The notes under the pieces were generated by a model. It had not been told where the DNA came from and did no database searches. It saw only the letters and a program-made list of their open reading frames with translations. Below, piece after piece: positions 1 to 10,394 of a stretch of DNA of 64,000 nucleotides. The position numbers were made by a program, and so were the translations under genes. Each line of letters opens with the position of its first letter. Position 1 is the stretch's first letter. The DNA comes from Podarcis erhardii. Taxonomy: Eukaryota. The stretch lies in the NCBI GenBank assembly GCA_964252035.1, contig OZ176205.1; one strand, given 5' to 3'.

Positions 1-115
1 TCCAACCCCCTGCAAAGCAGGAATCTGCAGCTGTCCCATATGGATCCCATACGGGGATCGAACCTGCAACCTTGGTGTTATCAGCACCATTCTCTAATGA
101 ACTGAGCTATCCAGG
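1..115 (-). mobile_element. tRNA-derived SINE with CR1-like tail (runs off the window edge)
   Basis: The minus strand reads GGATAGCTCAGTT..AGAGAATGGTGCTGATAACACCAAGGTTGCAGGTTCGATCCCC, a tRNA-like head with A and B boxes. It continues into GCAGGGGGTTGGA, similar to squamate CR1 3' ends. Confidence 0.6.
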
Positions 116-1379
116 CATCCTTCTTCAGATCCATTTCACCAGCATGATTCAGTAACATGAGGCAATTCAGATTTTTGGAATATTTATTTAATGCATCATA
201 AGTACTTCAAACCAGTAAGGATTATTATATAGCATAGATATGAATGATGTAGTGACTAATTCTATACATACACAGAAAGAGAGGGGGGGAGGGAGGGAGA
301 GAATACGAAGTAAGGGCAGATTAGTTGAATGCCATCTGTCCCAGCTAGATATTTCCTTTCTCCTGTTAGTATTCATATGACATTTACTGCTGCCCCCTTT
401 TTAAAATCCTGGGTGGAAAAACTGAATTATACATGCACATATATCTGTAGTAGAGAAAGCTAAAATGTACAATTTGCCTGGAGGGCCTGCAATTAGGGAT
501 TTGCCAAGTCAGCAACATGCTGTAGGGGAATCAAGGAAATCTCCATTAGAATTCCATTAGGACCTGCTGAGATTATCTGCTTTTCTCATTGTATACACAT
601 TCTATTACTATTGGAAATGTGTGGGGTTTTATTTTTTATTTTATTTGTTTTTTAAAAGAAACATTCCTACACTCACTCTTAATATTATCATTGGCCTTTG
701 TAGGTTTGTTTAGATGAGTGTAAATGCCCTTCATATATCCTCCTGAATGTTGCATTAGCTAGGCGGGCCTATGGGCCCACCAGCCTTTCCTTGGCCTGTT
801 GGACCTCTGCCAATGTTATCTAATAAACAGTTCATGCCGAACTGCTGAGGCAACCAACATTCAGTCGAACCTTGGGCTGACCCTTGGAAACAAATTCTCA
901 ACTAGTGTCATTGTGAATCTTCCTAAGTTGAGGAGGTAATCGTTGGAGGCTCTCCAAGTGCAACAGGTCAAATCTATACCATAAATGTAGAAATTTTTTA
1001 TTTATTTTTTGCTTTACGGTTGTACAGGTAGGCTTTAAAGTGCATAGCTTAGCTGGTGCTCGGTTGAGCAGCTGAACAAGATTTCCAGTGGCGGGCAGTG
1101 GGGCTTCCTTGCCTTGTAACACTCCTAGCAGAAGTAGAACTCGGATGAAGTAGATTCTAGTTCATGAATTCTTAATGTCACAAGAAAACGGTTCGTCTGT
1201 GAGGCACCCGTGTACCTTTTGCTGCCTTCCCTACAGCAATAGAGGGACCAAGGAAGCTGCTTCACCAGGAGACCACTGCTCTACCAAGACTTGGAAATCT
1301 CTCTCTCTCTCTCTGGAAATCTTGGAGAACTGCTGTCATGCTACTAATGGCTACTAGCCATGATGGTTATGCTTGACCT

Positions 1380-1550
1380 TTATGGTTGGAGCCAATAATG
1401 TTTCTAAATATCAGTTGCTGGAAACCACAGCAGGAGAGGAGTGCTCTCATGCTCAGGTCCTGCTCATGGGTTTGTCACAGGCAACTGTGTGGTCACTGTA
1501 AGAACAGGATTCTGGAATAGATGGGCCATTGGCCTGATCCAGCAGGAGTC
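1380..1550 (-). mobile_element. Degraded CR1-type 3' end / CR1-tailed repeat (approximate limits)
   Basis: The segment GATGGGCCATTGGCCTGATCCAGCAGG is the reverse of the CCTGCTGGATTAGGCCAATGGCCCATCTAGTCC motif at ~11876. Confidence 0.45.
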
Positions 1551-1567
1551 TAAAGGTGGCGGTTATA

Positions 1568-1602
1568 CAGTGGTACCTCGGGTTACGAATGCTCGGGTTA
1601 CG
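1568..1602. mobile_element. Truncated end of a Tc1/mariner (Tigger-like) MITE
   Basis: TA|CAGTGGTACCTCGGGTTAC is the same terminus as the copies at 18444, 46331 and 53542. The other end is missing. Confidence 0.6.
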
Positions 1603-3321
1603 TCATGTTCTCATGCTGCTCAGAATGGATGCTACTGGGCCAATGGTCTGATGGAATCAGGAAGCTTCCTATTTTCACATTTTGGTTGAAATGCTTTCAC
1701 CAATGCCCTCAGCCAATTACTTGATCGTTTACAAAAACACATAATTCCTAGGCCCTTGCTTATGAGATTTGAAAGCATCTACGGTTTAAGCAGCCAAACC
1801 TGCAACAATCATCACAAGACACAGAAAATATCAAAAGTGTCTTATCTTATGAAGGTAGCACCTTTCGACAGAAACAAGATGCAATTGCCTACCATCCTGG
1901 CAGATTGTGTTGAACAAGAGTTTAAAGCCATTGATCTTCTTGTTGTTGTTCAAAAATCCGGTTGCGGCCAATGATCTTGGTTCACCAGATGCAAAACAGA
2001 AAATTCAATTAGGACTGAATTGTAATTCTCTGCGAAGAAGAAGAAATGGGTGCATAATGGAAAGCCCGACAGACCCATAACTGTGGAAATGGTAGCAGGC
2101 GCCGCTGTGATGCAGAAGATCATCAGCCAACTTACCTTCCAATTCATGTCTGTTGCTAAGTGTTTAGTTACTGTAAATGCTTTGGATTTTGCATAATTTA
2201 TGTAAATTATTAAGCACCTGTTCTCTTCCCAGGAAACAAGGAGATGGAACTGTCTCCTTGGCTTAATTGATTCTTGGCGTGAGTTAGCATTGTTTTCTCA
2301 GCGACTACAGAGAAACTGTAGCTCCCTAACGGTCAAATTTTGTTGAGAAGACACAGATATGCCTACACTTTTGACTGTCCTATTTTTATTTTGCCAAAAG
2401 CATACATCTTGATATATTCTTTATACTGCCACCTGGATGACATCAGTGGCTCATGCTTTCCCCCCTCTTTTTACTCTTAACTAGGGAAGAGGAAGAAATT
2501 TGATTCATTTCACGTTGAAAGGGAATCTACCTGATTTGCTTTCCCCAAAACAACATAAAGCCCAGACACAATCACCCTTTGAAATTGACACTACTGGATG
2601 AATTTTGTGAGGCAGCTATCCAGCCAATGAATGTGTGCAAAATTGCATATACATACTAAGGTACAGTGTGTGTAAAAATGCATGTATTTAAAAATAACAT
2701 GCAGAAATGCATTATATAATAGGGGTAAATATTAATATTAAATAAATGTTCTTTACAAAAAATGTGCATATTGGGCAAAATTGCAAACAAAAATGTGTAT
2801 ATTGGGAGAATTTCACATCAAGATGCTGATGAATTTTCATGAGGTTTAAATAAATAATAATCACAAACTGATGTGAAAATGTTGAGAACTTAAGGTAGAA
2901 AAAAATGAGAAACTGAAAGACACCAAAATTGTTTACTAAGTTTCTTTTTAAAACAGGGCTCCTGTGTATAAGTTACCTGGAAGCAAACTCCATTGAGCTC
3001 AGTAGTATTCTGACCACATAGGTTCAACTTGCAGAACACACTGAGAATTAACAAAAGACATTCAGCCAGTTTAAATGTTTCCTTAAACTTTTGATTAAAA
3101 ACACAAAGATTCTTATAAAGAAGTGCTGCCATTTAAACAGCTAGCATGAAATGAAAACCTAATCAAAGGAGGAATCTGAAAGCCTTGTTACTACTTTATT
3201 CACTTGCCAGAGCAAGTAGAATCCATCAATTACTTTAGTGCTCCAGCAGTCAACATTCTGCTTGGAAAAAGGTCCCGTCTGCTCTATACATATAAAGGAC
3301 CATCATGCTACTTTAGAGAAT

Positions 3322-3420
3322 CATGACTTTTCCTAAAGGATCCTGGGAACTATAGTTTGTTAAGGGTGCTGAGAGTTGTTTGGAGACCCCTATTCCCCTC
3401 ACAGAGCTACAACCCCTAGG
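3322..3420. mobile_element. Partial copy related to the palindromic MITE at 14398-14574
   Basis: CATGACTTTTCCTAAAGGATCCTGGGAACTATAGTTT resembles the arm CATATGACTTTCACCAAAGAATTCTGGGAAATGTAGTTT. Confidence 0.4.
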
Positions 3421-3914
3421 GTGGACTCACAGTCAAATCGCCTTCCTGGAGATCTCAATGATTTATTTTTAAAAGAAAAAGAAGAAACATACAAATTGCT
3501 GCAGAAATGTGGAGAATGGAGTTGGAGGTTGGAAAAATGAGAAACAAAGAGAATCAAAATTCACAGAGCCATCCATCACTTACTTGGGGATTTGGCAGAA
3601 CTGAATCTTTTGGGGAGAAATAATGCACATGCCCTAGCAGCTTTCCCCTTTGTAAAGCTCTTGGACCATATCACCAAACTGCTTTCCGGAATAATGAATG
3701 TGGGAAGAGTTCCAGCTATATGTACTCACGTGTCAGGCACAGATATGTCAGGACTCCAGCATCTTCTTAGCATATCTTTGCCTGTCCCATGAGGAGACTC
3801 ACAAGGAGATAGTTTTGAAATGCTAATCACAAGTCCTACATACATAGGAGCCAAAAAGGCAGCAATTAGCCCATAAATGTGATAATACACCACTCAGCGA
3901 GACATATAATTTCT

Positions 3915-4010
3915 GTTTGTTTGTTTGTTTGTTTTCTATACTGCCCTTCATCAGAAGATCCCGGATGGTTTACAATATAAAAGCACAAAAAATATGTAGC
4001 ATAATAACAA
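3915..4010 (-). mobile_element. Degraded L2-type 3' tail
   Basis: (GTTT)n followed by CTATACTGCCCTTCATCAGAAGATCCC..TTTACAAT; a similar segment lies at ~48605-48710. Confidence 0.4.
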
Positions 4011-4185
4011 AGAAAACCAATAGCCCCTGCCCCACACAGCGCTCAGGGGTTGCATAAATAGGATGATTTTCCCAGTGAGTCTTTACATCATACCCTGCAA
4101 GAAGACAAATAATAATTCTTAGTTATTCTGTAATTTTTTTGTTCAGGGAAGTTTTTAATATGTGACATTTTAGTGTATTTTCATC

Positions 4186-4249
4186 TCTGTTGGAAGCCGC
4201 CCAGAGTGGCTGGGGAAACCCAGCCAGATGGGCGGGGTACAAATAATAA

Positions 4250-4300
<51 letters not shown>

Positions 4301-4301
4301 T
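4186..4301 (+). mobile_element. L2 LINE 3' terminus with (ATT)n tail
   Basis: GGAAGCCGCCCAGAGTGGCTGGGGAAACCCAGCCAGATGGGCGGGGTACAAATAATAAA followed by a long (ATT)n run, typical of the lizard L2 3' end. Confidence 0.7.
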
Positions 4302-4554
4302 GTTTTTTTCATGCTATTCTCCCTGTTGTGCATTACTGTATAACTGCAATTGATACATGATAAAAGGCTGTTTTTTAAAAAAAGTAAATCTGAAAATTGT
4401 TTTTCCATGAAGAATTTGGCACAAGCCCCTAGTTTCCATGTCCTACTGTAACTCAGCTGATAGCTAAGCCTAAGCATGCAAAACTGAAACCACTACATAT
4501 TGCTCTCTTGCTATGCCCTGTTGCCATGTTTTCAGACCCTCCGCTGCTTGCCCT

Positions 4555-4663
4555 GTGTGAAGTTTTAGACTGTAAGCTACTTGGGGCAGGGGGCCATCCT
4601 CTTGCAGTCTCTCAAGCACTGGTCATATTGATGGCTCTATAGGAATAATAATAATAATAATAA
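4555..4663 (+). mobile_element. Older L2/MIR-like 3' tail ending in (AAT)n
   Basis: TTTTAGACTGTAAGCTACTTGGGGCAGGG...ATAATAATAATAAT resembles the L2 terminal motif. Confidence 0.45.
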
Positions 4664-5737
4664 CAGATATAGCCTGAGGTTTGCAGTGTGTGAGTAAATT
4701 CAAAACAACAAATTACTTTTCTCTATAGGATTGTTGGGACAAACTCTCAGTACCCCAAGTGTGGAAAGGATGTGCTGTCAATGTGAAGTTGTGCGGCTGT
4801 ATTCTAGGGATGAGGCAGTAAATTATACTTCTGATCTCCTTTGAGGAATGTATCAAAGGGATGCTTCTAAATTCAAAACACCACAGAATTCTATAAGGAC
4901 ACACTTCACAGATTCACAGGGTTACTTAGTTTGTTATTTCATCTTGGTGATCCTCTTCAAGCCTCCGACCTGGCCTGGTGCACCATGGTGAAAGCTCTAA
5001 TCTCCTTTCTTAGCACAATATTCCATACAATATTGAGTTTCTTCCCCCCAATCCTTATGGCCTTATACCATCTTCTTTAGATGCTTGTTGGAGTGATCCA
5101 CAAGCATCCAGTGTTTGTCTTCTGAAGTAATAAGACTGTTGAATGAAAGATCTTTCCCCTGAGTCTTTGTCCAGTTAATAATGTGCTCTCTTCAGACCAA
5201 CTGCATCTCTTCAGTAAAAGGCATTTCAATTTTCACATTTCCCTTTCAGCCTTCCAGAGCAGATGTGAGGAGGGCATGGAAGGCTCATGGTTAGAGGAGA
5301 GGGAGGGGGAGTTCCCTTGCACAAACAAAAGTCCTTGCACCACTTTTTTATGCAACACAGTATTTCATCGTGTATATTTAAAAACAATATAAACCCAAAT
5401 GCCTGATAAAACAAAAAATGTCTGAGCAAAAAGCTTTTGTGTGTTCAGACCCAGAGATCTCCCCCCTAAATAAATTCACACTTGACTCAACTTTTAGTTT
5501 GGTTTTTGGCAGAATTTAGGCCACAACTTTATTGATTACAGAAAGTCAGTGGTTGCATAGGCTCTGGTTCGACAAGCTCCCTGCACCCTTGAAGGCAGCG
5601 TTGACCAAACCATTTGAGTCCCTGGATTCCTTTAATGGAATACCCTTCACATAGGGATGGCGAGACTGTTCTCCCATCCCTATCACCTAAACCAGTGTCT
5701 ATATGCCACACAAGCACCCGCACTTGCCGCCAACCAC

Positions 5738-6285
5738 TCACACCTGTAACCAATCCCTTAACCCCACTGTCACAGTGGTCAGCCACAAATCATTCCCATT
5801 TACAGATGAACCCCATCAAGCCTGTAAAGGGACACATCATGGAAGGTAATACCCAGGTGACGGATCACCTTCTTGGCCACTGTGCTCTCGACGCACCTCT
5901 TGGCCTTCTTAGTGGCAGCTGGGAACCGGCTACCATGCCACACGCATCGCTGCAAGAGCTGTGACAAAAAAAAACTTTGAGTCCAGGAAGAGCTGCCTTC
6001 AACTCTTCCAAGTCCTCCTGCATGCGGGTCAGCAGGCTCAAGCCGGGAGCTTCCAGCAAATCGTTCTCGCTCAGCTGCACCACCATCGCCGCAGGCGTGC
6101 CTTCCTCAGACACCTTTGCCCGCACCATTGGGAGAAGCTCCTCCCAACACATTCCTTGTATGGACACCCAGGAGACACACACGTGGTCGGGGAGTCTGAG
6201 CCTGTGTCCGAATCCAGATTCCGCCACCCTCCTGCTGGCCCAGTGGACAATGCTGTGACTATCCAGACGTGCAGAGTAGGCGGAC
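5738..6285 (-). pseudogene. SGNH/GDSL hydrolase-like ORF of the Ngaro-like element, frameshifted
   Basis: Reconstructed across frames: GPPTLHVWIV/HSIVHWASRR (block I), VVQLSENDL (block III), SQLLQRCVWHGSRFP...YRLDGVHL (block V DxxH), then GNDLWL...LRDWLQV*. Frameshifts occur near 6260, in the A-run near 5966-5974 and near 5800. Confidence 0.8.
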
Positions 6286-6320
6286 CTAGGAATGAACAAA
6301 ACAACATTAATAACTGCACC

Positions 6321-6575
6321 TCAGCGCAGCATCCGAACATAACCACTGTATGCTTCAGATTTCCAGCGGCTCAGATCCTTGATCCTGTCAATGGACAGGC
6401 CCCAATGCGCAGCAGTAGTAGCTGCCCCAATACGGAAGGAATGAGGTGCAAACTCACTGGCCAGCAGGCCCCATGCTGCAAGTGCCTTATGCATTACTAC
6501 AGCAAATTGATGCCTTTTTAACAGGGACCCATCCTCATGGACCAGGAAGAGACCATCCCCAGGTGGGCGAAGTGC
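6321..6575 (-). pseudogene. Tyrosine recombinase C-terminal catalytic fragment
   Basis: Translates as ALRPPGDGLFLVHEDGSLLKRHQFAVVMHKALAAWGLLASEFAPHSFRIGAATTAAHWGLSIDRIKDLSRWKSEAYSGYVRMLR*. This carries the H-x-x-R box, the W and the terminal Y motif of DIRS-type recombinases. It is absent from the ORF track because it lacks a start codon. Confidence 0.88.
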
Positions 6576-6977
6576 TCACTGAATCATAGCACCCATACTC
6601 CTAGGACGACCCCTAGGACTAGTTGGGACTGGGATCCTGGAAGGCTGGAATTGGGAGAGCAAGGCCCTAGAAGGGTCATAAGCCTCGCTACCTTTGCTCA
6701 CATCCGAAGGCCCATGGGCCTCAAAAACAGTGGAAGACGTGGAGGTGCCAGGCTGAGAGTCAGGCTGCCTCCCAAATTGCTGAGCCAGCGTCTCAAGCTC
6801 TGTATTAAACATTATCATGGCCACAGGGTCTGAACCAATATCAGCCATAATTGCACTCAAGCGATCCAGTGTATGCTGAGGAACTGTGGGGGCCAGCTCT
6901 GAACACAGGGACTGAGACGGGCCTCTAATCACCCGCTTAGAAGGGAGAGCAGGACTGGGATTCCTCTTAATAGGCAT
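6576..6977 (-). pseudogene. Probable gag-like ORF1 N-terminal fragment of the Ngaro-like element
   Basis: ATG at 6977 (MPIKRNPSPALPSKR...LDRLSAIMADIGSDP...) opens a Pro/Ser-rich frame directly upstream of, and in frame with, the YR fragment. The assignment rests on position. Confidence 0.5.
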
Positions 6978-8784
6978 CTCAATCCTTACCTTACTGGGTG
7001 GGGCAGGGTACTGAATCAATGTTCCCACAATAACAATGGCACTACACCAGTTAAAATGGCGCTTCCACCAAAACAAGATGGTGCTCCCGTGAAAACTAGA
7101 TGGGGCTGAACCTCCCCCAACTCAGAAGGGAACACAAAATGGCTGCCAGACTAAGGGGAGGGAGTTCCTGCCCTTAGGAAATTCCCAACTGGCCTTTAAG
7201 CAAAATGGGCAAAGAGAAATCACTGTCTTAACAGAGAAGGAACTCTCAATATATATAAAAAATGCAATTGGCTGGACAGAGCAGCCCAAACAGTGAAAAT
7301 TGCAAATCGACCCAATGCAATGTTAGGCTACAAGGCTCCGAAGCTGCAGCTGCAGCTGGAATTAACAATAGAAGCTGTTGTGAAAAGGCGCCCCATAGCC
7401 AAGAATTAAACAGGCAGCGGCAAGATCTGAAACAGGGAGTGCTCAGGGGCTGAAAGCCCTGTGGGGCAAAAGCCCTCCAGGGGAAAAAAGGGAAGGGAAA
7501 AGGATGGGGAAGGGATAAACTTATAAAGTGGGGAAACAATTAGGAAGGAATTAAGGGAAAAGAGGGGATAATGGAAAGAAATCACCAGGACATTCCATTG
7601 AAGGTAAATCTCTCGGCTGCACAGACGACATGCTGTTAGTTTGTTCCGAATGCTCGAGCCAAAAGAGGAAGTTCTGGGTCATGTGCATGGGTATATATAG
7701 GTCCCTCAATCCATTTGGACTGCGCCGCATTGGCCAGATTGAACCCAACATTGAGGGACCTACCAATCGGGTGTTATGGCTGACCAATTTTACCCACCCA
7801 CAACACAGGAGGTCGGTTTCCAGGTCTCACCGCAACACTATTTGAGGAAGGACATGATATAGTAAGGGGGCAGTCATATTTCTATGCCCCCACTTTTACC
7901 TATTTAAATATATGCAAGTATACTTGCATAAATATATGCAACTATATAAATGAACAAAGCAACTTAGCATGCTCTAAAGTCACAAGAAGTAGGATTGGTG
8001 TGCAGAGAATCAGCAACAGCAGTTATGCTGCAATAGTTCTCACATGATTCCATTTGGGCCTTTTGCTTCTTGAAAGCTATAAATAGTGTCTGTTTATCGA
8101 TTTGTAAACAAGACACCACCAATCTCTGCACATGAGTATGCTCATGTTCCCCCGGAAGCCAGTCCCCATTATGAGTGATGATGTGTCAAGAGCTGGAAAA
8201 AAGGAAGTTAAAATTCTATTTTTGCGGAGAAAATAGTGCATTTGATGGATCTATGTGTGAAATGTATTAAATCCTGGCTAGAATGGTATTTCTGTCTCCA
8301 TTAGCAACAAGCACCCATGAGGATGAACTAGATGACTTAAAAGAAAAGATTGTTTGCAGTGTGTGTGGCAATTTATAAGAGGGGAGCAAAAACAGATGGA
8401 TTCCATGAGTAGAAGGATTACACACAAGCACACACACACACACACACACACTTTCCAATGTTCAAAAGTGTTTGAAACCAATGGGGGCAAGGAGTGTTGG
8501 ACAGCCAGCTGAACACTCTGTTTAAAACCTGGAAGCCCAGTTTCCTGTAAGTGTTGTTTTTGATGCCCTTTAACAGATTATAGTCCTACTCAAAGCAGAC
8601 TCATTGAAATCAATGGACTCAAGCCCTCTGGATTCCATGGATCTACTTTAACCAACACATTAAATATCACCCACTTCTGTAGCCAGCCTTCCTTATTAGA
8701 TAGAAGCACCCCACATTTATAGGTGGGGCTTTTGTTGGGAAGGGAAAGGAGTATAGGGGCAGCAAATGTGGTGTAGTGGTTAAG

Positions 8785-9034
8785 CCAGTGTGGTGTAGTG
8801 GTTAAGAGCGGTAGTCTCGTAATCTGGGGAACCGGGTTCGCATCTCCGCTCCTCCACATGCAGCTGCTGGGTGACCTTGGGCCAGTCACACTTCTTTGAA
8901 GTCTCTCAGCCCCACTCACCTCACAGAGTGTTTGTTGTGGGGGAGGAAGGGAAAGGAGAATGTTAGCCGCTTTGAGACTCCTTAAAGGGAGTGAAAGGCG
9001 GGATATCAAATCCAAACTCTTCTTCTTCTTCTTC
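8785..9034 (+). mobile_element. Squam3-like (Ther1/MIR-related) tRNA-derived SINE, young copy
   Basis: Head GTGTGGTGTAGTGGTTAAGAGCG..GGTTCGC, MIR-core-like GGGTGACCTTGGGCCAGTCAC and a (CTT)n tail. It shows only 2 differences from the copy at 17001-17252. Confidence 0.85.
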
Positions 9035-9656
9035 AAATCCTGCCCACATACACATGGATGGAGAGGGAGTAAGGGCCAAGTCAGGGGAAGGGAAAGACAC
9101 TGACCTTCCTGCTTTCTTCTACTTCAGTTTTCATAATGGGCTATGCAAAGGTCAAGTTAATGGAAAATTTAGTATGAACACCAGGAATTAAATGACTGGT
9201 GTATTTTTGTTTGTTTGTTTCATAAAGGAAAACAAAGAGATAACAAAAGGTGTAAAAATAATACTTTATGCTATAATTAAGCAGCTAAAACCTAGTGTGG
9301 AACTTGTATTTTTTTGGGGGGGGGGTCACTTTTATATTGGAACAATTGTGAAAAATTTAAGGAGAATGGTGCTGAGGACAATATGTGTAACAAAACAAAC
9401 TTGTCCATACTATAAGATTAGTGAAGGGCAGAAACTAGAGTTGAAGTTAGCAAATCCTTCTTTTGTGACCAGGTAAAGTTTTTACCCCTGTAAGACCCTT
9501 TTCTGTACCATGGAGACCTATGAATATCTAAATATATTCTATATTATATGTGAAAGTAATACTGGCTGGAATTTAGTCAAAAGCCCTTTCATGAGCACAA
9601 GTGTAAATGCAAATCTATTAACAGAAGTGTTGGGGAGGTGCTTTTGATTGGTTTTC

Positions 9657-10333
9657 TTTTTTTATATAATAATTTTTATTCAGTTTTTAAAACACATAAT
9701 TAAAAAAAACAGACACATCACAGAATACAAACAAACATAAACAAATCAAACAAATCAAACATAAATAAATTCATAATCTTATTTTCTTGTAACTTCTTTC
9801 AATCGACTTCCCCTTACCTCGCTTTCGCTGCATCCCTATTTTAAAAATTTTTAGCAACCCTTTAGTCAATTTATCCATTTAGTTCCCTTCATTAAATTCC
9901 CATAAATTTGTTAATTACAGCTGTAGTTCTCTGCTTCTTACCCCTTGACATCTTAGCACTCCTCAATTTTACAACAGTTTTTAAGATATATTTTAAATTT
10001 CTTCCAGTCTTCTTCCACTGCCTCTTTCCCCTGGTCACGAATTCTGCCGGTCATCTCTGCCAATCCCATGAAGTCAATCACCTTTGTCTGCCATTCTTCA
10101 AGAGTAGGTAGTTCTTGCATCTTCCAATACTTTGCCAGAAGAATTCTTGCTGCAGTAGTAACATACATAAAGAAAGTCCTATCCTTCTTTGGCACCAATT
10201 GGCCAACCATGCCCAGGAGAAAAGCCTCTGGTTTCTTAGTAAATGTCCATTTAAGGACTTTCTTAATTTCATTATAGATCATTTCCCAGAATGCTTTCAC
10301 CCTCGGGCAGGTCCACCATAGGTGATAAAAGGT
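9657..10333 (-). mobile_element. 5'-truncated L1 (ORF2 C-terminus, 3' UTR and short A tail), part of an L1-7SK chimeric insertion
   Basis: Encodes TFYHLWWTCPRVKAFWEMIYNE...EEDWKKFKIYLKNCCKIEEC*, clearly homologous to the ORF2 end at 27762-28140. The whole insert is flanked by the 17-bp direct repeat GCTTTTGATTGGTTTTC (9640-9656 and 10392-10408). Confidence 0.92.
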
Positions 10334-10394
10334 ATGTGAGGGCGATCTGGCTGCGACATCTGTCACCCCATTGATCGCCAGGGTTGATTCAGCT
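10334..10394 (+). pseudogene. RN7SK: 7SK snRNA 5' fragment (about nt 3-63), retrocopy
   Basis: ATGTGAGGGCGATCTGGCTGCGACATCTGTCACCCCATTGATCGCCAGGGTTGATTCAGCT matches the vertebrate 7SK 5' end as I recall it (GGATGTGAGGGCGATCTGGCTGCGACATCTGTCACCCCATTGATCGCCAGGGTTGATTCGGCT), with one CpG-type G>A change. The upstream sequence is L1 rather than a Pol III promoter, so this is not a gene. Confidence 0.9.

Larger units (their letters stand above)
5461..7840 (-). mobile_element. Internally deleted Ngaro-like (DIRS order) tyrosine-recombinase retrotransposon; limits approximate
   Basis: Minus-strand order: promoter-like 5' repeat with a TATA motif, gag-like ORF start, YR C-terminus (HSFRIGAAT), SGNH hydrolase ORF (HS..NDL..DGVHL), then a 3' segment with AATAAAAGTTGTGGCC. 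No RT/RNaseH remains. The YR-then-SGNH arrangement is characteristic of Ngaro-like elements. Confidence 0.8.

Noticed and set aside
2470-2930. AT-rich stretch resembling a dispersed lizard repeat
   Set aside because: No terminal repeats, TSD or second copy in the window supports a call.
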